Below, piece after piece: positions 1 through 12,699 of a stretch of 64,000 nt of DNA. The position numbers and the translations under genes are program-made. Below the pieces are notes generated by a model. It saw nothing but the letters and a program-made list of their open reading frames with translations, was not told the origin of the DNA and made no database searches. Positions within the stretch are counted from its first letter, which is position 1. Each line of letters opens with the position of its first letter. The stretch lies in the NCBI GenBank assembly GCA_000320545.1, contig ADNK01003488.1:1-64000 (forward strand). Direction: 5' to 3'. The stretch is from Bigelowiella natans CCMP2755 (lineage: Eukaryota > Protista > Cercozoa).

Positions 1-73
<73 letters not shown>

Positions 74-196
74 GTATAATAATAATTTATCATGTTTGCT
101 ATATTTGCTGTTATACCTTAAACCTCACAGAGTAGAAGAAGAAGAAATAAAAGAAGAAATATACTATAGAAGTGAAAATATTTACACATATGCATA

Positions 197-263
<67 letters not shown>

Positions 264-452
264 GACAGCAGTTGGGTAATTGAGAAAGGTGAGATGGATA
301 ATAAGGAACAGCAGGAGTACGTCGATTGATTGAGTAAAGTAAGCACGAAGAACGTAGTAATGGTGTGTTGATGGATGGAAGTAAGTAAGACTAATCGGTG
401 CTTCATGCAGGATATACTACTACTACTACTACCTACATACAAATCTACTTAC

Positions 453-965
453 CTCAAGGGTCATGAATACATCACTGGGAACTCCAATTATAAAAGGCGC
501 AAGAGACTGTAAGGCCATTATTCCTTCTACAGGTAACACGGGAATGTATGTGAACGTCCACGACCTGATGATGATGATGATGATGATGATGGTGATGATC
601 ACGATCATGATGATGACTCAACTAGTAATTAAATAAAGAAGAGAAGAGAAGAGGAGAGGCACACAAGTTGTCACATGTTAGTTGTGACTACTACTACTAC
701 TACTACTACTACTACAACAACAATAACAACAACAACAACTACTACTACTACTACTACATTGGATAAAGAAGTTGCAAGAAACACTGAGCAGTAACGGTCA
801 AGGCCTTCAAAGAATGACTGTGGAATACCACTCTAGATTCATGCACCTATCAATATGATGATGATGATGATGATAATGATGATGATGATGATGATGATGA
901 CGAACAACGACCGATATTTTGCCATCATGTAAGAAAGCAACCGACGTAATTAACATCATTGTTAT

Positions 966-1000
<35 letters not shown>

Positions 1001-1057
1001 ATAGGCCGCAGAGGAGAGAAGAGGGTAGCACACAGACCGTAAATTATACAAGCAACA

Positions 1058-1096
<39 letters not shown>

Positions 1097-1547
1097 TACA
1101 CATACAATATCCCCTTTCTCACTCTCTCTCCAGACTATTACTACTACTACTACTACTACTACTACTACAACTGTTGTTATCATCCTTAATGTTCTATTTT
1201 CTACTAGTATCGTATTGGTATCCTCAACCTCATCGTTTGACATCTTCTTTATTCCCCCCTCCCCCCCTTTTTCTGTTCTTTTGTTTCTTACCAGTGCTGA
1301 AAACACAATGAGGATGTTTTCAACTGACAGCACATCGAACAACGCCCTAGCAATAAGAAAGAGGGGAGGAAAAGAGGAGGAGGAGGGTGCTCAATATGGA
1401 AGAGAAGAACCTAACCTACGATGATTGAGGACTGCACGACTACTTTGTCCTCCTTTTTTCTTAATTAGCTTTATTTGAATATATTTATGTTATAGCTGTT
1501 AATTTGTAGTAGTTAATCAAATGATACTACTACAACGACAACAACAT

Positions 1548-1580
<33 letters not shown>

Positions 1581-1635
1581 TAAGGGAAATGCTGATAGAA
1601 ATGGGTTGCGAACAGTTGAGAGTGAGCATCCAATG

Positions 1636-1676
<41 letters not shown>

Positions 1677-2078
1677 CACACATAGCACACAAGCCATACA
1701 CAAGATAAGAGAGGGACCAGAACAAGAACAAGAAGAAGAAGAAGAAGAAGAAGAAGAAGAAGACGAATAAGGTAATCAACACAAGACGAAGCAAAGAAAA
1801 ACATTAGATTTTGTTGTTTCTCTGTTTGTCCAAGTTTAGGTACGAAGAGACATGGTGACAAAAGGTAGATCAAGAGGAGAATAATATCAAGATCAATTCT
1901 TATAACTACTTCTTCGCACTTCTATGAGAAAACTAAGTAAGTAGCAGCTTGAGGAACTTGCAGCAGCCATGGGTACATTGATTCATTCATATATTCATTC
2001 ATTCATTTTTTTGTTTGTTTGGTGGTTTGTCTGGCAGCATTGGTCTTCTTTGAATCAAGAAAGTTACACTACTACTAT

Positions 2079-2113
<35 letters not shown>

Positions 2114-2305
2114 GCACTACTCGTTGCGTATTGAAAAAGCTACTCCAAAGCGACCCGGTATTGGAACCTATTGGAAGTAGTGTAAGTAGCCGTAGTTGTA
2201 GGTAGCATTGTCATCACGTTGATGATAATGCCGAGGATGATGGCCAAATATTGTTCACACTTTCAAAACTAATCAAGAAAAAGAAGGAGAAAAGAAGAAC
2301 AAGTC

Positions 2306-2338
<33 letters not shown>

Positions 2339-2707
2339 CAAAGTAAAGTAATACCGCTAATTTGTGGACCAACATAGCAATTATTCTCTCAATAATTAGA
2401 GCATCCTCTCCTCTTCCTCCTCCTCCCTGATCATAATTATCTCTGCATGCCTCTAGCACTTGCACTAAGGTCTATAACAACGACAAGTAGAGGAGGAGTA
2501 AGTATCAAAGGACAGGATCGACATCATCAGAAACAACAGCGTATTATTATTTATTATTATTATTATTATACTATTATCATTATTATTGTTATTTGTACAA
2601 TCGTTGTCATCACAATGTGGAGGCAGCATGTATGTAGCAGCAGCAATTGTGAGTGAATTCAGACTGAACATATTCTATTAAAATATCACCAAATATTCTA
2701 TTATTAT

Positions 2708-2742
<35 letters not shown>

Positions 2743-3287
2743 TGGTTGCTACACCTTTTCAAACTGTTCAAAGAGCGGATAATGAGAGATTATTCCTAAT
2801 ACTCTAGGTCGGTATATCGGCTGATGATTGAATTGATTATCCATCCATTGATCAGTTACACTCATAAGTAAATACATGGATAAATACATGGATACGTAGC
2901 TCATCATCACAGAAAACATCTACATAGACAACAACTCACCAGGTGGTGGTGGTAGAGATGAGGATCATTAGTATACCCTACTACTACTACTAGTAGTACC
3001 TGGGTAGCTCTAACATGAATATTTGTGGCAGCATCTGCAGCTTCGAAACCGTGTTGTATGATTGGGAAGACGCAGTCCTCATTCACGTGATAAGGAACAT
3101 GAAACTGTATCCTTATTGGCTCACCATCTTGCTGCTGCTGGTGGTGGTAGTGGTGGATTGTTTCCTGCACGTATTTCATCTCACTGGGTCCTCCTTGTAG
3201 AGGCATTGCTTCACCATTTACCAAAATCACTTGGGAATGAGGCTTCAATCTGAGATATTATAATGTAAATTATGGGAGCTGTGTGTG

Positions 3288-3321
<34 letters not shown>

Positions 3322-4433
3322 GGTGTCACATCCATCATTATTCGTACGAAAAAGTTGTCTTTCCATCGTTATCATAATCATCCTCATCAACATCATGCAC
3401 CCTCCTTGACTTATTCAATTTATAGACCAATGGTTGTGTGCGAAAAGCTGCCTTCTTTTATTATCTGTCATCACTTCTTATCGTTATCTATTTGAATTCT
3501 TTCTGTCCTTCTCCCCCCCCCCCCTCCTCATTACTTCACACACCAATACTCTTAGAATACAAGCAACAACATTTGGTGAATGAATGACTTTATAGACACG
3601 ATGATGACACAACGCTGATGCTGTAATTATTCTTTATGCTGACGGTACTACAACTAAGTATTAGTTACTACTTATCGTAGTGCTACTGCTACTGGCACTA
3701 TCACTAGTACTAGTGATACTTGTACTACTAGTATGATTCTTCACCGTGACAACTTCTTGTCGACGTTGATAATTATTATGTCGTCGTAAGAATCTACGAG
3801 AATCTAAAGGGGGATGGATAATCAATAATGTCAAAGAATACAACAGGGACCTCACCACTACAACAACAACAAACAACAAGATCTACTACTACTCTTCCCT
3901 TACTCCTCCCTTATAATAACTAACACTTATTACGCTGAATAGATCCAGAGGATTGCTATGGAACTCATACCTGATAATGAAGATCACGATGACGACGATG
4001 GTGGTGGTGGTGGTGGTGGTGGTGGTGATGATGACGATGACAGATCATATGATGACGATGATAATGGTAATTTGGGTGAATATTACTGTACTATCCTGTA
4101 GTCGCTCTCTAAGAGGTTAGACGAAGGCCCAGGTCTTCGTAATCTAGTTGTTGTTACATGTTACGTATTGAGTGGTGGGGGTGGTGGTGGTGGTGGTGGT
4201 AGTGAGGTAACAACAACAGTGATAGTAGCAATGGCAGTAACAGTAAGCAGTAGCAGTAGTGGTAATGTTAGACACACAATCTATGAATAATTACACTTGA
4301 CTCAATTCGTCAATTCATAGACTCATGATTATGTTGCATACAGATTGTGTTACTATTGTCTGTGTGATCTATAAATAGAGCCTACACAGCAGCAGGTTAT
4401 TATTGATTTAGTAGGGTAGTAATTAATCGATGC

Positions 4434-4482
<49 letters not shown>

Positions 4483-5765
4483 CTTACCTATCCGATATCA
4501 GTCTAGGAGGTAGTAGTTCGTTGTTGTTATTGTTGTTGTTGTTGAGGAGGAGGAGAAAAGGGACACGACATAATGTAAGAGTAAATATCACAATGCTTAT
4601 AGGTCGTATAATTATTATTATTATTATTATTATTACTATACGTAAACTCAAGAGAATCGAAATAATAACAATGTGCTGCCTGTCTGCCAACTGTGATTGA
4701 TGATGCTACTAATTACTTATTCTTCTTGTTGTGTTGTTCTTTTGACTGTTATTACCTGATATCTCCACGATGGAAGTTTTCCGCAGCAGTAGAATTGCGA
4801 GAAGGTGGAGGTGGTCGCGGAGAAGGTGGAGGTGCTCGAGCTACTTGGTCTGCTGTGACAAAGGAGGATCACGAACAACGACGATGATGACGATAATGAT
4901 GATGATCATGATGATGATGATGATGATGATGATGGCCATAAGTTTCACACGCAGTAAGAGTGCCTATAATAATACCTATCGTTTTACTGTCCTTAGCAAC
5001 ATCATCACCATCACCCTCGTCTACACTTTCTTTCTCAGTTTTGTTTTCTGCTTTGATCTGAATCGAGTAAGAAGGAGAGTCACATCGTTTAAACCATCAC
5101 GTCTCAGTCGTGAACACTTTGAGGATATTAATTTAATGTTCTTCTTCTTCTTCTTCTTCTTCTTCTTCCTTGATATGGTACAATCGTTAACAATATCTCT
5201 GTGATGATATCGATTTATTGATAATATCCTTGATGTCTTAATAAAATAATAATAAACGTACTATAATAGGATTCTGGAGATTTCTTGGATCGTTCATGAA
5301 CACCCACCCCGACCTAAGAGATCATTCATTGCAGTATCATAATTATCAGTAACCACCACCGCCAACAAGAGACCCAACAGCAACGATTGTAGGAGAAATG
5401 ATTGAAAAGAGTAGCAGTCGAAGCAAGTGGAAGGGAGAGAAATCATCATCACTGATGACTAAAGTGATTGTTTAAAGGCGAGAACTCATATTCACTGAAT
5501 CGTGTGAAAGGAGAAAATGAATGAGAGGGGAGAAGGATATCGCATTCATTTCCATCAAGTTTACAAATCACACTAAAATTACGCCAAGATATACTCTCCT
5601 AGTTAGTTAGTTATCGCTTCTTCATCTTCTTCTTCTTTAAGTTGAATCAGATATTTCTAATGATGTAAACAAGTAGTTAATAAATTAGTACCCATCAGCC
5701 AATTTTAGATAAATCTGTCCATTATCGTCCTCGTGTCGTTCTCCTCGAGTGCTGAAGATTGTTCT

Positions 5766-5823
<58 letters not shown>

Positions 5824-6249
5824 AACTGCATACGCTGATGGATCAGGTAAGTGGTGGCGGTGGTGGTGGTGGTGGAGGAGGCGATTGTCATAAGCAATGA
5901 GTATTCGTCACATCATGGAGAAGTAATCCTGGGAGTAGTAGTAAATACGTGTAGTACCCCTTTCTGCCTACGATGTTGCCTGTCAGCTCGGACTTCACGT
6001 CCGCCTTTGACCGCACACGGATGGAACCATATCTTTTTCATAAGAGAGAAGTGATGATCATCATGATTATTATAATGAAAAAGGTGATTGATTAGCTAGC
6101 AAAACACACAATATAACACAGCACGACACCAGGAGAAGGGTCGCTCACAACTGACAATCACAGACGAAGGGAAGCTCGTTCTCTAAATTCTAACCATGAC
6201 AACGAAGATGATAAAGACACAATGTTGACGACGCTAAAATGAGAATGCG

Positions 6250-6285
<36 letters not shown>

Positions 6286-8616
6286 GCAGCTAGCTATGAC
6301 TACTAATCACCAGCACCTGCAGTCAGGATTCATCTTCCAGCTCTCCTCTTCCTACAATATTGTTGATGTTTTTTGTTATTGATAAGAATCATGAATCATG
6401 GATTATGATGATGATGATGATGATGATGATGAAATGATGGCGCTACCGAGTAGTAGTAGTAGTGATAGTAGCAGTAGTAGTAGCTCATGATGAATGTAAC
6501 AGATGGTTCTTTAGGATGATGATGATGATGATGATGATGATAGGGCAACAATGCTCTTTAAGATAGTGGCTATATTCAGACCTCTCACCCCCATGCTTAT
6601 TAAACGGTGAAAGCAAAGATTTATTCATAATAGTCACATAATTCAGCTTCTACAGCAGCATAAGAACCTCCTTAGTATCGTCGCCGGTAGCAGTAGTAGT
6701 AGCATCAATGTTGTCGAATGGTTTGAAAAGTCTATCGACTACGCTCGGAGAATGAACGACTTATTAATACAGCAAATCAAGTACTAGTTACACCACGTTG
6801 GATAATAATGGTATCATATTTACAGCAGCAAGTCGTAAGTAGTAGTTACACCATGTTGGATAAAAATGGTATCATATTTACAAGTAGTAGTTACATCATG
6901 TTGAATAATAATGGTATCATATTTACAGCAAGTCGTGAAAAGAAATGAAAACAAATCTCCCCTCCTCCTTCTACTATTCGTATTGCCTTCTCTCATCATC
7001 ATTATCATCATCATCATCATCATCATCATCGTCGTCGTCGTCATCGTACTGATCTCACCAGTACTCTGTCGCCGATTTTCCATCGGGATACGTTTAAGCT
7101 GATCCCTCATCCTCCCATCTATCTCCTCGTCGTACTGCAAGAACACAGCGAAATTGCGTGATCCGTCTGTCTGCGTGAACACCTAAAAAAACACATGAGG
7201 ATGGATGATCAGTATAACATGAACGACGAGTTATTGTAGTAATCGGATAATAACAATGGCGAGTTTATGCTTCACTTTTCAACACTTACTCATCATGGTT
7301 GGTTTTTCCCACAAGGAAGATCCAAAATATAGTGCAAATTGAGTTGTTATGGTGATATACTACCGAGTAGAAGGATGATGGAGGTCGATAGTGGAAGGAT
7401 AGTGTAGGAGCCTTTGGAAATGCCATCATGGCCCAACCCTTATCGGAAATGGGACAATCCTGCGTATTACAATGAGAGATCATGATGATGATGATGATAA
7501 TAATGATACCAATCGTGTACGATCGACTGACTGACGACCAACCAAACACAGAGCAACCAAGCCACTACGATGCTGCTGCTGCTTCTGTGCAGGGCAACTA
7601 AACTTACCTTGTGTTCAAACGATGGCGCGTGATCTTTAAGCTCGCCTTTCAGTGTCATTCTATGGGTGTTGGTGGTATGTATGTATGTATGTATGCATGT
7701 ATGTATGTATGCGTACATTTACGCACTCAGCTGCCTAACCAGGTGATATGATGATGATGATGATGCTACTAGTACTCAGCAATCACAACCCAGACAAGTT
7801 GTTCAATTCAATACGTTGTACAGCACAATTTAAGAGGGAGGAGTACAGAATGTATCATTATTATTACGGTTGGTCTTTTTGTCTGCCCTGGATTAAATTC
7901 GTCTCAAATATGAGAAAGTAATCGATTAGCCGTTCCGAAAAGTCCGAAGTTTGGGTTGTTGATGCTTGTGACACCATCCGGTTTCCCCTATACCAAGTTA
8001 TAGGACATAAGGTAGATTCTCATGGCAGATGGTGATGCTGAAATTTATGTCGCTGCAAGTTTATTGTGATGTTGGTTACCGGAGCTTTGCCATTCGTTGC
8101 CTATCAATAACTTGCATCACGGCCCGTCGGAATCGCTTTTGACAAATAAAAATTATGATATATCACAAAGAATAACTGTAAAAGTTAATTTTGAATCTGA
8201 TCTAGATTCAGAATACCTTGATGCCTTTTCCAAGTAAAGAGCGTTCTATTCGTTCAAAGGAACCCCCATGTTCTTTGCTAGTTAGGATCTTTCTCTGACC
8301 TCCCATTGCTCTGTAGAATATAGTGTAAAATATGGTAGGTATACATCATTATGATTAAACGGCAAAACATTTTATCCATTTGTATGGAGGGGACATTTCA
8401 TCCGTCTTTATGGAGGAACACATTTTAAGATGTGATGAGGAAAAAGAGGCACGCACACCTCTGGAGGTCCATGACTTGAGAGAAAACTTTTGTAAGGGGA
8501 TTTCCTTCTCTATCATGCTGGGAATTTGAGTTCCTCCTCATGTTCTCCTCTGATTCCAACACTTTTGTATCACTCGGAAGCGTTGACTCGCGTCTGCTAG
8601 CTGGACTGTCGTCCAT
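453..8616 (-). CDS. DENN-domain protein (Rab GEF); multi-exon, 3' part continues beyond the left edge of the window
   Basis: Spliced minus-strand exons give DENN motifs in the right order: ERLIDYFLIF (~7900), AMMAFPKAP (~7410), VFTQTDGSRNFAVFLQYDE (~7130-7180), YRPRVLGIISHYPLFEQF (~2755-2820), VPIPGRFGVAF (~2140), ALFDVLSVENILIVFSAL (~1292-1345), VHESRVVFHSHSLKALTVTAQCFLQLLYP (~760-846) and SWTFTYIPVLPVEGIMALQSLAPFIIG (453-564). Start ATG at 8616 is tentative and the middle exons are not all resolved. Confidence 0.85.
6786..6936. repeat. Minisatellite of three imperfect ~45-58 bp copies in a DENN intron
   Basis: The unit (t)agttacaycaygttgrataawaatggtatcatatttaca occurs three times in tandem. 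Confidence 0.85.
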
Positions 8617-9079
8617 AACGTCGTTCAATGTGATCGAGATGTTTCAGTAATCCGTAGCAGCAGCCTTTAGTCCGTTCTAACCCTAGATGGCACAAACGAT
8701 TCACTCTTTACTACTGCCATTACTACTCTCATCGAGCCTCTCTAATCGCTGAGTTCTAGTAGTTCGATCAACACATGTAATACGTCTTATGCTCATAGCA
8801 TCTAAGTAAGTTTCAGATTAAAGAATATCACATGTCGGCTCAGATGAAACCCCTGCATTAAATTAATATGAGTGTGCAACAACTGAGACAACAACTACCA
8901 CATCCCGTTTAACGCCACTACGATCGTAGTTTTCCTACGTCGGGTTCGGGTCCAAACATTGTTATTTTATCAAGTGAGCTTAATCGAGCCGGTTATGCAT
9001 ATTATAGTATGTCGCATCACATAAAACCCATGCATTATTAAATATGTGAAAACCAGGAAAACTTGTGAAGCTGTCAGCA

Positions 9080-10598
9080 ATGGCATCCTCTTCCTTACAT
9101 CCGAAAACGATGCTGGCCGGAAAAGCGGTGGACGCAAAGGTTGCTCTGCAAAAGATACCCATTCCAATTATACAGAAAGGCGAAGTCCTGATTAAGGTAT
9201 GCTACTTTGGAATAAATCGAGCGGATATCTTACAGAGGAAAGGGTTGTATCCTCCTCCCGAAGGGACAACAGACGTTCTTGGCCTTGAATGTGCGGGGCT
9301 AATTGTTGCTACCTGGAAAAAAGGGGAGGGCGCAGCTTCTTCCAAATCGAAATTTCTCGAAGGAGAAAGGGTCATGGCACTATTGTCGGGGGGTGGTTAT
9401 GCCGAGTACGTAGTGGCAAAGGAGGAGACGGTGATGCGAATACCTCCAAGAATCTCTTTGCAGGATGCAGCAGCGATCCCAGAACAGTGGCTGACAGCAT
9501 TCCAGCTTATCAAAATTGGAGAAGCGAAAATGGGTGATTACGTTGTTGTCCATGCCGCAGGGAGTGGCGTTGGAACATCTATCGTGCAACAACTTCGCCT
9601 CATGGGAGCTTTTCCCATTGCGGTAGCAGGGAAAGCGGAGAAACTGGAGAGTTCAAAAAGTCTTGGAGCTGTTTTTGGTGTAAACTACAAGGAGTCAAAA
9701 GAGTTTGGCAAAGAAATTCTAAAATTTATGGTGAAGAGAACGAGAACAGAGTCGAAGGATAAAGGTGGTGATTCCTGATTCTCATCCTTCTCCAAAAAAG
9801 TTTGCAGTCTAAAGACTTGTTGTTGGTATGGCCGATACTTCGACACATAAAATTGCGTACAATTTTGTACAATTAGGCGTGGATTTGGTATTAGACTGTG
9901 TCGGAGCCTCGCATTTTGGAGAAAACATTCGATGCCTTGGAGTTGACGGACGATGGGTCCTCTATGGACTTCTGGGAGGGGCCAAGGTAGAATCACTTAA
10001 GTGTAGATTGCACGTAGATTTCATCTAATAATTTTGAAGGTAAATGAATTTAATCTTGGATTGATTCTGGGGAAAAGGTACAGTTGTGGTAACATGCAGC
10101 AGAAGAATTAATGCATATAACTTATGTCAAATCAGGATATCACTGAGAGGAACTACTCTACGTTCACGCTCGACGTTGTATAAAGCGGTAAGATTCAGTT
10201 TTGTAATTCTAATAACGGCTTTAATCTGAATTCTTTCTTATGTCTGCATTTATTCTAACCAATGTTTTTTTTAGAAACTTATCGAAGAGTTTGAAAAGCA
10301 GATTCTCCCGCATTTCGGCACTAAAGGTGCTTTAGAGTTAATTGAATTTTACTTATGCTATATGATTCTATATGTTGTTGATTTACGCTAGAATAATTCG
10401 TCAGAAGGTGTGGCTGTTAAAGTGAACAAAGTTTTCGAGTTTAACGAGATCCAAGATGCTCATGATTACATGGAATCAAATAAAAATTTTGGGAAGGTAT
10501 GTGCAATTTTACCTGGAGACTGACAATGCTGATGCCAAGTAACTTCATTTCCAAATTATCCCACATAGATTCTCGTGAAAGTCGTGAAAGATGCCTAG
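9080..10598 (+). CDS. NAD(P)H quinone oxidoreductase, PIG3/TP53I3-like (MDR superfamily), 7 exons
   Basis: Motifs GINRADILQRKGLYPPPEG, LGLECAG, HAAGSGVG (Rossmann fold), GVDLVLDCVG, ISLRGTTLRSRS and AHDYMESNKNFGKILV. GT-AG introns (first 9765-9876) join in frame to TAG at 10596-10598. Confidence 0.93.
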
Positions 10599-10864
10599 TG
10601 TTTGCTTCAAGAGGCACGATCTTGTTGCTAGCATGCATTTAGAGACGCAGATAACATGCTGTTGAAATGGTTGGGGAAAATAGCCATTGCGACGAACAAA
10701 CTCAGTCAAATAACTGGGAAAAAATTGATCAGCTAAATTAGGCACAGCTTTTTATTGAGCATATGTAGGATCTAATCTTCCCGATTGAATCTTCAGGTTT
10801 ACACAACTACCATTGAACGTCATAGCTTAAACTTATGCATGAAGTAAAACAAACATGTGGAGTA

Positions 10865-12255
10865 GTGGTGGACACAACAGTCCTAGAGTGTGCCACATGC
10901 TAGCATGCAACAGAATGGGGGTCGCGAATCTCTGCGCTCTCAAGCATGCTAGTTTGCAGAAAACAAACAAATTTGCAGAATTGATGTTGTGCTCCCTTGC
11001 ATGACATGACAGACACAGCAATGTGATCATGCATGTGACACATTGCATGTCCATCATTGATCTAGTGATGACTTGCTAGCGCTTGCTAGCTTGGCTTGAG
11101 ATCCAAACTTCCTTCACTTGGCAACGAAGTCACCGGTGGCTGGGGCGACACGTCCATCCATCCCACCGGTCTAGCGGTGAACAACTGGAATGTGCTTTGT
11201 GGTTCAGGGGTGGGAGAAAAAGCCACCCTCGTTGTCAAACTCGTGACTCAAAAACTCCCCGCGCCCATCACCGCACTGGCGCACGTGAATTGCGCGCCAA
11301 CAGGGCAGGGTGCAAGAACAAGAACAAGAACAAGAACAAGAACAATGATGAAAAACTGCGTTTCCAAAGTGTGGCAAGACACTTGCAATGCAAGATGCCT
11401 CGAACCAGGTTCAGTGAGGTCTGACCAGCAAATTGGCAGGGTTCGTGCAAGTTGGCATGAAGTCGAACGTTGAGAAACAACACAACCAGCAGCAAAGTGA
11501 CTGCGACGCAAAGCATCCACTCTGAGCAAGAACTTCCTGATCTGGTGACAGCTGTGTCCACACGAAGGTGCAATGAGCAACAAACCAGCACGCGAACATT
11601 GACACGCGCCAGAACCACATGGGAGACAGGCATGTGCACGCAGCAGAGCCTCAAAAAGTGAACGTCATTGCAAGGACTTGTCATCACCCTGTTGAAGGTG
11701 AGTGAATTGTGTGAAGGCTGGCAGCCGTCAATTGTCAGGAGCAGTCAGAACGTGTCCAAACTCTGACAGGAGCTAGTGGTTGAAATCGGCTGGCTCAGCA
11801 ACAGGAAGAAAAAATCAGGAGCGTCTCGACGGGGAAAAACCAGACTGACGAACAGCAGCGAAATCATCGAGCAGAGCAATGGTTCGACGGAAAGCCCTGT
11901 CGATTTCTTTGTCAGTCAAAGGAACACCAGAAGTGACACCCAAGCTAGCAAGGCAAGGTGCAATTTTTCCTGGGAAGACATGGACGAAAAAACACGCAAA
12001 GTGATGACCTTGTCATGAGGTTCAGCCAAATGACGAGAGACAAGCTAGCAAGCCAACTGACCCTGCTAGCCTGCTCCAAAAACGGTCTCTGATGTCAAAC
12101 GTTTCTTGACAGGAAAACAGAAGATGTCATTGTTTCATTGTTTCATTGTTGGAGAGACACACATTCGTGGGAATTGCACAAGGAGCACCAACCCTCGTGG
12201 GGCTCCAAGGCAAAAAACCTCGCTGAACAATGGACAATGAACAATGACAAAGAAC
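10865..12255. other. TA-erased intergenic island 1 (degenerate repeat-derived DNA)
   Basis: 11 TA dinucleotides in about 1390 bp, all inside CTAG. No TA at all from about 11175 to 11772. Confidence 0.9.
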
Positions 12256-12699
12256 TACATTTCGCTGTTGTGAAACAATGAAACAATGATGAAAAACTAC
12301 ATTTCCAAAGTGTTGCAAGACACTTGCAGCGTGCAAAATGCGAACCAAACCAAAAAGTTAGATGCTCTCACCGGCAATCAAAAACTCTAGAAACCCAGAA
12401 ACAGTTTGGTTTGGATTCAGTCGCAAACACAAAATGCCCTGTAATTAGCCTGTCGACCATCATTGCAGTCATGGATTTCCTCCTAGGATGCTCCTAGAAG
12501 TAGGTCTAGCAGAAATGGAACCAGAAGGAAGGGAGAAGAGCTTCCACTAGCAAGCAACAATCTCCTCGGAAAGGAGGGAGAGCTCTCTCGGCAGCAGGCT
12601 GCTCAAGGTTCATGACAAATTTGACAACAGAACTCTCGAATTGTGTCGGTTGAGTAGAAAATGATTCTTATTTACATCATGGCGTAGGATCGTGTTACA

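Noticed and set aside
6786-6936. Possible CRISPR-like repeat array
   Set aside because: The repeats are adjacent without unique spacers. It is a eukaryotic intronic minisatellite.
72-7718. Many short poly-amino-acid ORFs (also 59277-63574)
   Set aside because: They are translations of intronic microsatellites. The real exons are short minus-strand DENN and PPEF segments.
11161-11216. tRNA-like stretch (TCCCACC...GGTGGGA with GGTCTAGCGG)
   Set aside because: Only about 55 nt, with no anticodon or T arm. At most a degenerate SINE fragment and not supportable.
10865-12255. Explaining the islands by CpG methylation decay or fungal-type RIP
   Set aside because: CG remains frequent (gcgcgcc, cgcgaa) and TA is the missing word. 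RIP would increase TA.
11083-12348. Overlapping ORFs in the islands (also 34966-35399, 54616-55591, 58245-58853), rich in Cys/His/Met/Ala and poor in Tyr
   Set aside because: Artefacts: losing TA removes TAA/TAG stops and Tyr codons on both strands. No domains are recognisable.
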